DNA from: Takakia lepidozioides
Lineage: Eukaryota > Plantae > Bryophyta
Direction: 5' to 3'
DNA: 64,000 nucleotides
NCBI GenBank assembly: GCA_030704615.1
Contig: CM060735.1
Span: 1 to 64,000, forward strand
Part shown: positions 9,936 to 22,375 of the stretch, piece after piece
How the letters are laid out: the number at the start of each line of letters is the position of its first letter
Numbering within the stretch: the stretch's first letter is position 1
Program-made: the position numbers and the translations under genes
The notes under the pieces: generated by a model
Seen by the model: only the letters and a program-made list of their open reading frames with translations
Databases searched by the model: none
Told to the model about the DNA's origin: nothing

Positions 9936-12300
9936 ACGGATCTGGTAAAATATTTAACATTTTCTATGATTCTTTCTCTTCTAGGTATTCGGGGAATTTT
10001 CTTAAATAGAAAAAATATTCCTATTACGTTAATGTCAATTGAGTCAATGCTACTTGCAGTCAATTTGAACTTTTTGGTATTTCCTGTTTATTTGGATGAT
10101 ATGATGGGTCAATTATTTGCTTTATTTGTTCCAACGGTGGCAGCTGCGGAATCCGCTATTGGGCCGGCCATTCCGGTTATAACTTTTCGAATTCGCGGGA
10201 CTATTGCAGTGGAATCTAGGGCGACCGTTCGCGTCGCCTACAGTCATTGTTTAGCCATATGGATAATATTTGCGGTCCTGTGATAGCCATATAGCAAACC
10301 ACGCGAGACCCTATTCCGCGTGCCGGGCATAGAGCTTACCCAACCACCGTGTGAACGGGTGGGAACCACAGCATGCTCTAAAAACGTAGTTGAGGGGAAG
10401 AGGAGAGAAGCTTTCTTTTCGGAGAGAGAAGACCTCACGGTAGGTATGTTTTTTAGGCTTTAAACTTGCTTCTTTTCCGCCCTGAAAAGCGCAAAGCGCT
10501 TTCTTTTTCGGGCCCCTCCTTCGGGCCGCGGGCAGCGCTCGGTGAATAAAATACGTTTGACCCGCGGCCTCCTTCCTGGTTCGGTGAATGGAAGGTTCGA
10601 ATAAAACGCAGCGGGGAGCGCATAGCGAAAAAATTTATAGGGTTTTTCCGAACAAAGGCCGAAAGTTCGCGAAGCAAACGAATGACTTTAGCCCAAACGA
10701 CCCGAGACCACTACGCCAGCCCGCTATTGTACGAGATGAGCCCCTGCTCTGGCAAATCGAAGTCTCTTTCGGTCAAACTGGACCTGCAGTTAACCACGGG
10801 GAACTCCCCTGTGGTAACGCATACGAATGCACGCTGTCAAGCTCTCAGTCTGCCATTGATAAATTGCGGTAAGACCAGAATGGGAAAGGAAACCCTGCGG
10901 ACATTGCAGATCCTCAACGAGGGAGCAGATTACCCAAACTACTGGGGACAAGAGACCAAACGACATCTCGATGCAAAACGGCCTTGAACCAACAACCGGC
11001 CAAGAACCGTAGGCAACACCGGTGAAGTCCACTTCAGTCATCTGGACGAAGGTGGATGGCAGAGGGCCCATAGTACCCGCCCAAACCGAAAGGGCGCAGC
11101 AAAAAAAATAATTTTTTTTGCTAGAACTGCTATCGGAAGGGAAGGGGCCTAAGCGTCTGCTATACCTTAGCAGACCATATTCAACCAAGTCCTCTAGCCA
11201 GGCTCCCACGGATCCCGAACGGGATTTGTCCGAAAATACGAGGAAAAGAAAGATGGGGGGGGGGCTGCCGCTTCGAGGGACCTTTGGATTATTAGCTTTT
11301 GGAAGACTAGGAAAAACTATTAAAACCTGCAAAACGTCGTGGGCAACCCGGACTTATGGATCATTTACGTCAAACCAAGGCCGCGGGACCTGGATCGATG
11401 ACACTGATACCAGACAGAACGACCATTGATGGGACCTCGAAACTGCGAGCCCTACGACGGGGCGGGGCGCAGTAATCGAGAAACAGTTCACTTGGGGAGG
11501 CACAAAACGAATCTACACGCTGCGCGCCTTCATTCGCTATATGGACGAAGCAGAAGGAGAGGCCGCTGGTGTAGAACGACGCTATACGTTCTGGGTTCGA
11601 AGACCTGCTTCCTTTCATCTAAAGGCTGAAATGGAACGCATAGCCAAAAAAATATAAATTTTTCTTCCGGCGGTAGGTGTCACGGACACCTAGGTGGAAG
11701 CCCGGTAACGATCTGTGAGTGGAAAGGGTACTCCACGCGAAATACCAGGCCAAAAGATCCTCACTATCGGGATATACCGAAACCCTTACTGTCTGCGATG
11801 CCGGCTCGCTGGCGTCCTTGTCAGAAGCCCTAGCTCGACTATCCGACATTCGATACGCTGTGAACTGCAGAGTAAACTCTGCTGTCAAGGATCCTACGGC
11901 ACAACTTGCTTGGTGACTAACACGCGGCGTAACTGCTCTTCGCGTTCCCTTCATTATGTGCGAATCTTGAGAGAATGCATCGTGTTCGGGGTCTCAAGGA
12001 CGGGCTCAGAGAAGATAATGAAAAAAAAAGGTTTCGTTGTTTCATTATCCCCCGCCAGAATCCCCCATGATCGCTATGGCGAGAAAGCGAGTTTATTGAT
12101 GTTACTTAAGCCACTTGATGAAGGCCGGCCACTGGAGAAACAGGCCAGGACCTAACGACGGGAGCAAATCCAAACAAAGGTCGAATTGGAGAGCCGTATG
12201 ATGGGCGACCATCTCGTACGGTTCGGAGAGGGCTCGGGTACCAAAGCATTCAATATGTGTCCGGGAAAGTTCCACTCTATTTAATTGCATGAAGGGATAA
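9936..12300 (+). CDS. nad4L: NADH dehydrogenase subunit 4L; exons 9936-10218 and 12281-12300; ACG start
   Basis: (M)[27 protein letters not shown]...AAAESAIG...RGTIAVES|INCMKG*. Confidence 0.96.
10219..12280 (+). mobile_element. group II intron nad4Li283g2
   Basis: Starts GGGCGAC after nt 283, DV GAGCCGTATGATGGGCGACCATCTCGTACGGTTC at about 12191, ends ACTCTAT. Confidence 0.93.
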
Positions 12301-12343
12301 GCACAAAAACAAGTGCTTCGCTTCCATTTAGTATACCTTTGAT

Positions 12344-12426
12344 TGGGAGAGGCAGGATTCGAACCTACGTAGAAAACCTTCGGCAGATTTACAGTCTGTC
12401 GCTTTTAACCACTCGGCCACTCTCCC
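12344..12426 (-). tRNA. trnY: tRNA-Tyr(GUA)
   Basis: GGGAGAGTGGCCGAGTGG...CTGTAAA...GGTTCGAATCCTGCCTCTCCCA with a long variable arm. Confidence 0.95.
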
Positions 12427-12583
12427 CACGATAAGATAAGTAAGCTTCGACTTTCCTAGCTAAAATCACGGGACTCTGGTTAGAAATCGGTCAATCCACG
12501 CGTGTAACCTTGGTTTTTCCAACGGACTAATCGAAAGAGTGGATGCATGTACCGTTGGTATATATTATTCATTATGCACTTTC

Positions 12584-12657
12584 AGCATCCTACAGGATTT
12601 GAACCTGTGACCTTCAACTTAGAAGGTTGTTGCTCTATCCAACTGAGCTAAGAATGC
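12584..12657 (-). tRNA. trnR: tRNA-Arg(UCU)
   Basis: GCATTCTTAGCTCAGTTGGATAGAGCAACAACCTTCTAAGTTGAAGGTCACAGGTTCAAATCCTGTAGGATGC. Confidence 0.95.
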
Positions 12658-13527
12658 AGTACATTACTAACCACTTCGCGAAGAAAAAGTGAACTCCAGA
12701 GAAGAAAGAAGCAAGCTTCTTTCTTCTCTCCCGCTGTCTTCGCACAGCAAATGAAGGGCGCGCGGCGCGGAAAGGGCGCCAGCTCTCTGCCCATTAAGGC
12801 ATGATGGGGCGAAGAAAAAATATTTATGGCTGCGATTTCCTAAATATTTTTTATTTGATAATTGAAGCTATGCCCCTTCTGGCTTGACGGGGTTTTTTTA
12901 ATCATCTTCTCCTCTCCGAAAAAATAATATTTTTTTCTGCTTGGCGTTTTATTGGGTTCTCCCCCCATAGCTCATTAAGTAAGGTCACAAGTTCCGCTTG
13001 ATTCGCTATGCCAGTGAGCGTAGTGAATCAAGCGCTGTTCGGGAAGATGAAAGCGGGGCCAAAGCCTCCCCCCGCTTTGCTCAGAGAACAGCGAGCAAAA
13101 AAAATATAGATTTTTATTGCTCGCTACCTGCCTCAACGCATTCCATTCTCAGTCTCCTCCTTTATTTTCTCACTCGTTTCGAGTGAACTCCGACTCCGTT
13201 GTTGAAGAAAAAAAAAGGCTGAGAGTATACGTTACAGATTTTTAATTGGCCACAAGCTTTTGAAAGCTTTAGCCACAGATCCCCCCCCCCTTTTTTTTCG
13301 TGGCTGTCTGCGCCTTATGCTACGCCCTCTGCTCAGTGAAAATTCGATGCTCAGCTGCAGAATGGATCCGGTATATAGTAATTGCATTATGATGAGTACC
13401 CTCCGTAAATTGATGAGGACGAAGCCCTAACCACTAAGGGCCTCACGAATGAAAGCACGGAGGGCGCAACAAAAGCCAACCCAGTGGTTTATTGGGTTTT
13501 CTCAGGTTCAACACACGACGAAATATC

Positions 13528-14262
13528 ACGAATTTCTTATTTAAAACTATTCCGAAAGAAGTTAGAATTCGTTTTTTTCGGATATTCATTCGTTTTAGTT
13601 TAACACGGTTTACGCGTTATCGGTTCCCAGAAGACTTTTTTTTTTCGTCAGCGAAACCCTCTCTTACTTCCCCTTATTCAGGTTCTATTCGTACACAATC
13701 AACGGAGGCTTCGAGCACGTATGTTACTATTCCTCCAATACCATGCTTCTACTTTTCATCCCCTTCCTTAAGTCATCAAATTTGGCGTTTTTCGATCCCC
13801 AGTTGCTATGAAGAACAAAGAAAAAAATACAACAAATTTTTTCACTTAAGTGGTTTTTGCTTCTCCTCGTTCTTCTTCGTCACCTTCGTGGGGGTAGTTC
13901 CCAATGTTCGGCACTTTTCATACGAATCGAATATAACATCAACTAATCCGCTCATAACAAAGTTACAACCTAGGATTTTCGACTACATTTTATCAACTGT
14001 TCGTATTTCGTCTATTCCATTAATACGCCCTCAAGTACAGGTACTTGTGATCTGTTTGCTAGAATCAAAAGGTATTTTGGTGAAAACCTCCATGAAAAAT
14101 CGTCGTTTTTTTATGGTTTTTTCGCCTTTCACAGCAGCTTTTTTAACACCTCCAGATATCTGGTGTCAAATTGTCGCTCGTTTACCTATTTATTTCACAA
14201 TAGAGTTGACCATCTTTTACGTCTTGATTCTACAGGTTTATAAGAAGCAACTAGCCCTTTAA
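13528..14262 (+). CDS. tatC: twin-arginine translocase TatC (mttB); probable ACG start
   Basis: [33 protein letters not shown] and [10 protein letters not shown] motifs. The start is inferred. Confidence 0.92.
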   Translation, partial: TNFLFKTIPKEVRIRFFRIFIRFSLTRFTRYRFPEDFFFSSAKPSLTSPYSGSIRTQSTEASSTYVTIPPIPCFYFSSPSLSHQIWRFSIPSCYEEQRKKYNKFFHLSGFCFSSFFFVTFVGVVPNVRHFSYESNITSTNPLITKLQPRIFDYILSTVRISSIPLIRPQVQVLVICLLESKGILVKTSMKNRRFFMVFSPFTAAFLTPPDIWCQIVARLPIYFTIELTIFYVLILQVYKKQLAL

Positions 14263-15094
14263 CCAAAACTACGCCATGGCCAAAAACTAGGCCATGGCCA
14301 GAGACCGAGGCCGCAGGGCGCAACAAAAATAGATTTTTCTTATTGATCTGTCTGATCTTTGGCCTAATTATGCTCGCTGCTACGCGCCAAGCCTTAACCA
14401 TCTATCCCCCCCCCCCCCCCCTTTCGTCTGGCTAGCCTTTTTTTGTCTCCGGGTTATACAGGGAGAGGAGGCGCAGGAGCCCAACAGCTTCTGTTCGCGC
14501 ATCGCTTCCCCCACCCCAGATGGTTTATCGTCGATCCGGATCCGGCCAAGCGGGGCGAGGCGACCATGGCGAAGCCATTAAGTATTCTTCACTTCGCGCC
14601 ACCTTCACGGGCTTGACGAAGGGTGAGGGCCACGAAGTGAGCTTAACGAAAAGAACTCCCCGCTTATTTTCCTCTGTACATCCCCGGAAACGCAAAGAGA
14701 GAATACGGGGCCGAAGGAAAAGCCCGTAGGGCAAAAAACGAAAAAAAAAATAGTTTTATCGTTGTATCCTCTCTCTGCGTTTCATTGGTCGATCCGCGCG
14801 GATGGTAGATAATTATTCAGGATCTCGGACCCCGTATCCGGCTCAGGGAAGACCAGCAGCGACAAAAGATATTCTATATTTTGCTGCACCCTCGTCTTCC
14901 AATGCTCCGCTTGCCCGGACATACGAGCCTTACTCTTTTGGAGCAACCGTAGTATTGTTTTTGTGTTTATGGCGAGAAGCGAAGCGCGTTTCCAAAAAAT
15001 ATAAAAATTTCCTCTCAAAAAAGAATATATATATATATATATATTCTTTTCAACATCTACGAGGAGTTAGCTCTGTTATCGCTCCGCCAATGAT

Positions 15095-15709
15095 TCACGA
15101 TGTTTGGGCTACGTCCCTGCTTCGATCAAGAAGGTCTAGATCTATGTTGTAAGGGAATCGTATTTGTTGAGGTTCATATGATACCACGGCTTTTAGTGTT
15201 TTATAATTTACCTCTAAATGAGTAGGTTTCATTCTCCATATTCGGTTACTTCGAAGGTTTTGTCTTATTCTGGATTTAATAGAATATAAAGAATTCTCTT
15301 GAATAGATGTAGGATCACCGTTGGATACTTTAAAACCAGGAATATTGACCATTTCATAATTGACACAAATCTCTTTATGACTTATTAGCTGCCTTGCTTG
15401 AAAAATAGTTGAACGAGAATTAGGACGAACCGGAATAACGTCCAATCTTTTTTCTATATCGAATAACAAACTGTTTTTTTTATCTAGATAAGTGTGCGTT
15501 TTAGACCTTTGCCTCTTTCTAATGGGTAAATTTCCATAAAAAAGGGACAACTTTTGTATAGTTTGTAATTGTTTGGAAAAGTCAGATTGTTTTTTATTTG
15601 TTTTTCTTCGAAGCTTCAAAATAATGGCTTTTTGTCTTTGAGTAAGTTTTTTAGTCTGCCAAACATTTTCTGAAATTCGACGACAATTTTTAAATCTCGA
15701 TGCAAGCGT
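15095..15709 (-). CDS. rps4: ribosomal protein S4; ACG start; probable CGA->UGA stop at 15122-15124
   Basis: (M)LASRFKNCRRISENVWQ..., EKRLDVI...QARQLISHKEICVN (S4 domain), PTHLEVNYKTL. Confidence 0.94.
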   Translation of the reverse strand, partial: TLASRFKNCRRISENVWQTKKLTQRQKAIILKLRRKTNKKQSDFSKQLQTIQKLSLFYGNLPIRKRQRSKTHTYLDKKNSLLFDIEKRLDVIPVRPNSRSTIFQARQLISHKEICVNYEMVNIPGFKVSNGDPTSIQENSLYSIKSRIRQNLRSNRIWRMKPTHLEVNYKTLKAVVSYEPQQIRFPYNIDLDLLDRSRDVAQTS

Positions 15710-15737
15710 ATGAAGTTGACTTGGTTTTTTTAGCCAT

Positions 15738-15808
15738 TGCGGATAACGGGAATCGAACCCATATCCCCTGCTTGGAAGGCGGAGAATTTACCTTTAATCA
15801 ATATCCGC
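15738..15808 (-). tRNA. trnG: tRNA-Gly(UCC)
   Basis: GCGGATATTGATTAAAGGTAAATTCTCCGCCTTCCAAGCAGGGGATATGGGTTCGATTCCCGTTATCCGCA. Confidence 0.92.
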
Positions 15809-15942
15809 CTAAAAATCGAAATAAAACATAAAAAATTTTTTTTTCAGCTTTTATCGGTTTCTTCTCCGAGCCTTGATTTACATAGTAAATATTAGGTCGA
15901 GTATTGGTTACTCTGAGCTGATGATCTTATTGAGATAAGGAT

Positions 15943-16026
15943 GGATGGATGTCTGAGCGGTTGAAAGAGTCGGTCTTGAAAACCGAAGTATCGAGAATAC
16001 CGGGGGTTCGAATCCCTCTCCATCCG
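15943..16026 (+). tRNA. trnS: tRNA-Ser(UGA)
   Basis: GGATGGATGTCTGAGCGGTTGAAAGAGTCGGTCTTGAAAACCGA...GGTTCGAATCCCTCTCCATCCG. Confidence 0.95.
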
Positions 16027-17603
16027 TGAGTAGGGTAATTAGTTAACCGTTTTTGAAACAAATTTTTTATTTTGTTCGTCGAAGGATGTAACCATTACAG
16101 ATCTTAACGTTGTGTAAACATTTTGCACACATCACATAGTGTGCGCGAAAAAAAGATATTGGCTTTATGAAAAAGAATATATAATCATTATTTATGATGA
16201 TTCATTCGAAAAGCCAGGGTCTTCAGCCTTCGGCTTTTAGCCTGGTAGCCTCTGCCTTTGGCAGTGGACAGTAGCCTGAAAAGCTTGGGGAGAGCTTGAC
16301 CCAGCAGGGCAGCGCATTAGTCGTCGCCCCCTTTTCGGCTCGGCTCAGGGCGAAGCGCTGAGCCATGCAGCGGAACGCTTTAGGCGAGCATTGGCTCGCC
16401 ATTGTTGTCATTGAGCTCTGCCAGCAATGACATAGCAGGGGTAGGTTGGGGATCCTTGCGGTGCGGGGATTCCCAACCTACACCCAATCTGCAGGGATCC
16501 CGAGCCTATCCGATCCTCGAGCTTGCGAGGCACAACCGAGCCTATGAGGTTGCAGGAGAAGCACGATTTATCAGGGAGTAGCGTCGGCGAGTCAAAAATT
16601 TTGTGTAAAAGACTAAGCTTCGTTGAAACGAAGCTTGGCTAATAGCATTGATCGTGAGTCTGAAAGGGCAATAGGACTGAGCCTGAAGCGCAGCCCATCT
16701 CTCAGCATTAGCCCTCGACTCAGTCTTCAAGCTTTCGTCTTTTCGCTTAGCCCTAAGCATTTAGCCTTAAGCTTTCTAACCTAGGCTGTTGCCTCAATCT
16801 TAGCATCCCGCTGTAGCCTTCGGCCATCGGCAGAAGGGGAGGAGAGAAGACCGAGCCGGTCCAGGACATTCGGGTGGATGACATTCGACTGGCCTTTAGC
16901 GGTTCTGCAATCAAATGGGTTGAGGGGGAATCGGCGAAGTTGACCATGGACTCTGCAATATCGAGTTGATACGAGGCGTTGAAAAAAATCCAACCTATCA
17001 TAGTTCAGGCCAATCCCATAGTGCGCTGGACCGAGATATGTAGACGTCATAATCTCTATCGTATCGACCCCGGCCCGGGAATAAATCAAAAATTTGCGTG
17101 TTCTTTAATAAGATATCATCACGCGCCCAACCACCGTGGCCCAGGGACATAAAGAAGAAATAACATAAGAAAATCTAAGTATTTCGATCGAGGAACATAC
17201 TAGTGGAAATAAAGGGGGAGGGGCGTGTCGCTTTGCGCGAAGCGCTTCGAGTTGAAATATGCGGACGGAGAGATACGATGCTTAGATAGTGCCTTGAAGG
17301 CACCCGCAAACAAGAAGTAACAATAGGACTTCTTGTGGGCCATTAATAAGCAGCAAATCTAGTCTATTCTCTTTCTCTAGTGATGAACTACGAGAAACAA
17401 CTTCACCTACAGGCACGATTGAGAAACTACGAGACGCAACATTACCTACAGGGCCTTTGGCCCAAAATTGGTGTGACTTTGATTATAGATTGGCAATAAA
17501 AAATCTGGCAATCCATGGGCCGTTGAGCCATCATCATCATTTGAAATATTATTTAGGCCATGAAGATCTGATAACTAAAAAAGAAAAAAAAAATTTTCCG
17601 CAG

Positions 17604-17688
17604 GCGGATATGATGGAATTGGTAGACATGCCAGGTTTAGGTTCTGGTGACCATAATGTTCGTGGGGGTTCGAGTCCCTCTATCCGTA
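17604..17688 (+). tRNA. trnL: tRNA-Leu(UAG)
   Basis: GCGGATATGATGGAATTGGTAGACATGCCAGGTTTAGGTTCTGG...GGTTCGAGTCCCTCTATCCGTA. Confidence 0.95.
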
Positions 17689-19565
17689 CAAGTCAGAACT
17701 TTAAGTTGTGCAATCACTAGGCCTCGGCGGAGATCCGCGGCCTTCCCTTACTTCGGCCTCTATCCGTTTGGCAAATATAGCCTATATAATTACTTTTTTT
17801 TCAGCTAATGCTGCTTTTGGAGATATTACGGGTGCCACCAGCCATCGTAGATTATTGAGCTGCACCCGGCCTGTTCAACTAATGGAAGTTGGGTCACTTC
17901 GTGACCACGGATCTACGCAGTAGTTCCTTTTTTGTAAATGATGTAATTACTTTGTAATTACATGCTTCGCTCAACCCAGTTACGCTCGTATAGCCAAGCA
18001 GGGATGGAGAAAAAAGCCGAAAGAAATAAAAATATAAATTTATATATTTAGTTCTTTCGGCTTTTTTACCAAATTTTATAATATAGAAATGTAAATTTTA
18101 GAATATAGATATGTAAATAGGTTTCACCAAGGCCACGCCGCCCCTTCATGTGATGAAGTTGGTGAAACCTAATTTACCATCATAAGAGCACAACCAAATG
18201 GTGATTTTGCGTAGTATAGAATAAGCTCCGACTTCTAGCCATTAGTTTTAGAGCCCTGGGGTTTATTCCCAAAAACCTTTGTTTGGCCTACCTCTTGGAC
18301 GCAAACTGGCTGGAGGCTAAAGGCCGGGAGTTAGGTTATGTGAACCACTAGACAAAGATGAAGCAATTATAGTAATTGCAACCTCACCTGGGGAGATAGG
18401 GGTTGTGGAAGGGGTCTACGCAAGGGTCAACCAAATCCAGATAAGGAAGGGTGCCCAACCCGTCAAACCACAAAGTATGACGATGTTATGAAGCGATGAC
18501 GATGGAATAACATAATGATTCCACACCTTTTCCTAGGTAATCTAAGCTCAAAGCTAACCCCAAACCCCGCTCTATCGCAAAACATAACGCCATGACGAGA
18601 ATTTTAATAAACTTATCTTCCATAAATTAAGATTATTACCAGCAGAAGTGCCAAGGCCCCAGGAACAATTATTTATCTAGCATTATTATTTCTTATTTAA
18701 TTCAAATAGATCATTCCGATATTATTGGTATTAATATGACATGCGTTTTGTAATCATAACCTCTTTGCGGGGGAGGGACCGCAGTGATCGCACCATCCTC
18801 TGATCACCGCGGTGATTTTTCCGTATTTAACGCCTAAAGAATATGATGTTTTGAATCTCTTTATTAGAGATTTGATTTACGCCTGCGGCCCCCACCCAAT
18901 TTTTTTTTATAGACGGCTTTAGAATATAAATTGACAAAAGTCTAACTACTATCAGTAAATTGGGTATTACACCATACACTTGTAAATCAATCGGGGTCTT
19001 TCACCTCGCTATCTGTGCTCTCGCTCCGCGCCTTTGACTCAGTAAAACGAGTCGTGATCAAAATGTTTTTAGGAACTGTAGGAGATATTTAGTTGGACCG
19101 AGAGGGCTATCGGAGTGATCAACCATCTACGATGGTTAACGACGGAGAATAAAACACATTGAATTCTCTCCCGCTTGGCCGTGTGCTTGAGGAGCGAAGA
19201 GATGAAATCGCACTAAGGGGTGAAGCCATCAAGCAGCATGGCTGCTTGATTGGCGAAGAAATAATATACGTTTATTCATAAGAAGTGCGCTCAATTCATA
19301 AATCAGATTATAAGCTATTATGTGCTCTGTTTACTACGTACGCAGAGGAGAACGACCCGGCCCGGGGTTAAAGCTACGGGTCATTCATCCACGATATAGA
19401 TGAATGATTCGGTTACGAAATAATAGCGTAGGAGAACATAACCAAATTACACGCCCCCACGATGTTTCATTATGGGCTATTGGCGCAGTGGGAAGTGATT
19501 TCGTTTTTGTTTCAGGTGCGTAGCACTTTGTGGGCTTCACGAACAAAGGCCGTAGGTGGATTTTT

Positions 19566-19637
19566 TGGAGTATAGCCAAGTGGAAAGGCTTCGGTTTTTG
19601 ATACCGACAGGCAAAGGTTCGAATCCTTTTACTCCAG
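19566..19637 (+). tRNA. trnQ: tRNA-Gln(UUG)
   Basis: TGGAGTATAGCCAAGTGGAAAGGCTTCGGTTTTTGATACCGA...GGTTCGAATCCTTTTACTCCAG. Confidence 0.94.
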
Positions 19638-19670
19638 ATTCCGGTAATTCCCAACATTTTTTCATATATA

Positions 19671-22040
19671 TTAAAAAATAAAAAATATATATATATATTT
19701 TTTTTGGTTCCAATCCAATCTGGAAAAAACGAGCTGACGTAAGAAAGTACGCAAGCCTCCCAATGAAGCCAGAATAAAACCTATCCGAATACAAAAAATA
19801 AAGGGTAGTTTCATTGTGGTAATATACCAGCCTGTTTCGAAACTTCCAGTTCCAATCAAAGCATATGGATCCGTAAAGAGATTGGTATGTATAGCCACTT
19901 TGGTAGTGCTCGTTTCTTGATTAGAAAAAGAGAATCTTTTTTCTGGGAACACAGTCAACCAATGTGGGAAACTATTACGTTCGCGATTTCTACACGATCC
20001 GTCACCATGAAAAAACTGAAAAAAAAAATATATATTTCTTTTTTCTACTCCTTCACTCTCGTACGAGGGCGCAGCGATTGGCAACAAGTCAATTATGGCA
20101 CGAAGTGATCCACCATGCTCAAACAGGAATGGGTTTTTTAAGGACGGTTTATAAATAATTGAATTACCACGAATGGAATGAAAAGTGGGTCCATGTAATT
20201 GATCAATACCTCGCGAACAACAACGTTCCTTTCCCATATGTAGTTCGGAACCCAAAGGCAATAATTGAGTAAACTGTCTCTTTTTTGTGTTGGTTAACCT
20301 AAGCCGCAGCATTACTGCAGGGGCTTGGCTTCCGAACCGTACGTGAGCCTCTGGCCTCATACGGCTCTTCTCAGGGGAGCCTGAAGACCAAATGAGATAT
20401 AAAGCAGAGATTTACATGGCGTCCGCCTAGTTTATGGTCGGGCGGGACGGCCAAAACTATTTTTTATCCGTCCATTCTGCTCATATGAACTCCTCGCTAT
20501 TCGTTACGCCGCGCCCTGAGCTATTCGTTACGCCGCGCCCTGAGTCCCCGCGTCAGCCCTTCCCCCGGGAATCCTTCATTTTACTAACGCGAGCAAAGTG
20601 AGCTTTTGCCCCGAAGGTTTCGTCTTTTCGGGAGAATCCTGTTCCCACTAGCTTACGGCCCGGCTGGCCTGCCAGTTTAACTGGAACTTAGTGGGAATTA
20701 TCCCGTTCCCTGGTCAGATGGTTGGATGTGAGATTTACTCCACGAGGAGCAGTACGAACGTAGATGATATCATCACGACCTTTATTTTCGTACCGCTAGG
20801 AATGCTTAACGCCACTTCGCCAACTGGCGTTACCCGCGGCCTCTCTTGCCATTGGCAAGTCTCTCAGTGTGGTCAGTACTGGGTGTTTTCGAGCAGCGAA
20901 GCTTCTCATACCCATTCACATTGGTTCATCCTAAGTCCCTAAACCTTTTGCACTAATTTGGGAAGAAGCCATCTTCCTATCGAGGTTCAAGAGTCAACTG
21001 GGCATCTCAGCAGCGGGATTTAAAACCCGAATTCAACCAGAGTTCACGCCATGTTGTAGGCGTGGGCTTGGAAGCGATGATGGTCGCACATAAGCTACCG
21101 GGTCGCACGACAGAATAACACCCATAATAAAGATGCAAACTCCTCCATGTGAAATCTTCATAGTCATGGCAACTTTTCGAAAGTCATGACCAACATCCAT
21201 CAGTCTATTTGGTAAGGCGCGAACAATAAAACATCTATTCCAATCAAAGCGCTTGGCGCTTTCTTGGTTACACCCATCATAGGGTGGTGTAACCGAGAAA
21301 GCGCCAAGCGCTTCATTTTCAGAGACGGAAGAATAAGCTTGCAAAAAAGCAAGCAGAGAATAAAAAGCCAAATTTTTGGCTTTTTCGTTGAGGCCGAAGG
21401 TTTTTGGAAATCGCAGCAGAAAAATCAAAAATATTTTTGATTCTTTGCAAAAGGATAAAAAGTCAAAATTTTCTCTCTTTTCATTTTCTCGTTTCTCCTT
21501 CCCGTTAGGCCAAAGCGCTTGGCGCTTTCCTCTTCGTGCCCGCTCACGCGGTTCCATCTCTTCCATCCTAAGCTTACGCCCTTTGTTCGCCAACCTATCG
21601 CGCCTATTACGACTAGATGATAGAAAGAATGTACGGAATAATAGAAAACAAAGCACACCACGGAAAGATTCTAAATATGACAAGTCTCCCCCAAAATTGA
21701 GAATAATAAAATGGAGAGAAAAAAGGAAAAATAAAAAAAATGCGGTTTTAACTCTAGTTTGGGGGGAGCTTTTCTCAATTATGTTGGGTAATATAATGGG
21801 TCTTGCTCTTACCAAAACTAGCCTTTTTGTTTCGTCCATAGAGCGCAGGAATCCCCTGGAATGTATATAAACTAAAACCAGTAATAGAGAGGTAAAAATA
21901 GGTATTATAGTACCATGAGAAGAAGGAGCACCTGTGGGAACATCTCTACTTACCAACCATTGAAATAGTATGGGTGCTGCCGTGCCACGAAGCACAACCA
22001 TAAAAATGAGGAAAAAGAAGAAGTTCTGTAGTTGGACCAT
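19671..22040 (-). CDS. ccmFC: cytochrome c maturation protein FC; exons 22040-21109 and 20292-19704 (CAA->UAA stop; genomic stop at 19671)
   Basis: MVQLQNFFFF..GTAAPILFQW, KISHGGVCIFIMGVILS|NTKKRQFTQLLPLGSELH, PEKRF and TKVAIHTNLFTD motifs. Confidence 0.95.
20293..21108 (-). mobile_element. group II intron ccmFCi829g2
   Basis: Starts GTGCGACCCGG, DV GAGCCGTATGAGGCCAGAGGCTCACGTACGGTTC, ends CTTAGGTTAAC. Confidence 0.93.
21247..21313. repeat. 28-bp-arm inverted repeat inside ccmFC exon 1
   Basis: AAGCGCTTGGCGCTTTCTTGGTTACACC-11nt-GGTGTAACCGAGAAAGCGCCAAGCGCTT with one mismatch. Confidence 0.92.
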
Positions 22041-22375
22041 CTGCTCTATTTGTTTTTAGGATTTTCGCTTCTCCGAACGAGAGAATACGAGATAAAAAAC
22101 TCGAGATTTAGGCAAAAAAATATTTTTTTTGCTATGAGTGGTTTCTTCGAACCTTTGGGCCTTATTCTTTCTCCAGCCCTCCGTGAACGCTCCGTGCCTC
22201 TCTCATACCCCCCTAGCTCCTGAAAGGCGCGGAGCGTTCGCATAGCAAATGCCGAAGGTTTCGCACAGAGGGCCGTGTGTGTAATCAGAATTAAGCTAGC
22301 TTCTTATCTCTCCAAAGGTAGCTTTCTTTATTTATGCATTCTACTAGCTTTGTATACAATTACTTCGTCACGGCC

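Noticed and set aside
11200-11990. Maturase remnant in nad4Li283 domain IV
   Set aside because: Only faint similarity is visible and there is no clear RT motif, so it cannot be supported without a search.
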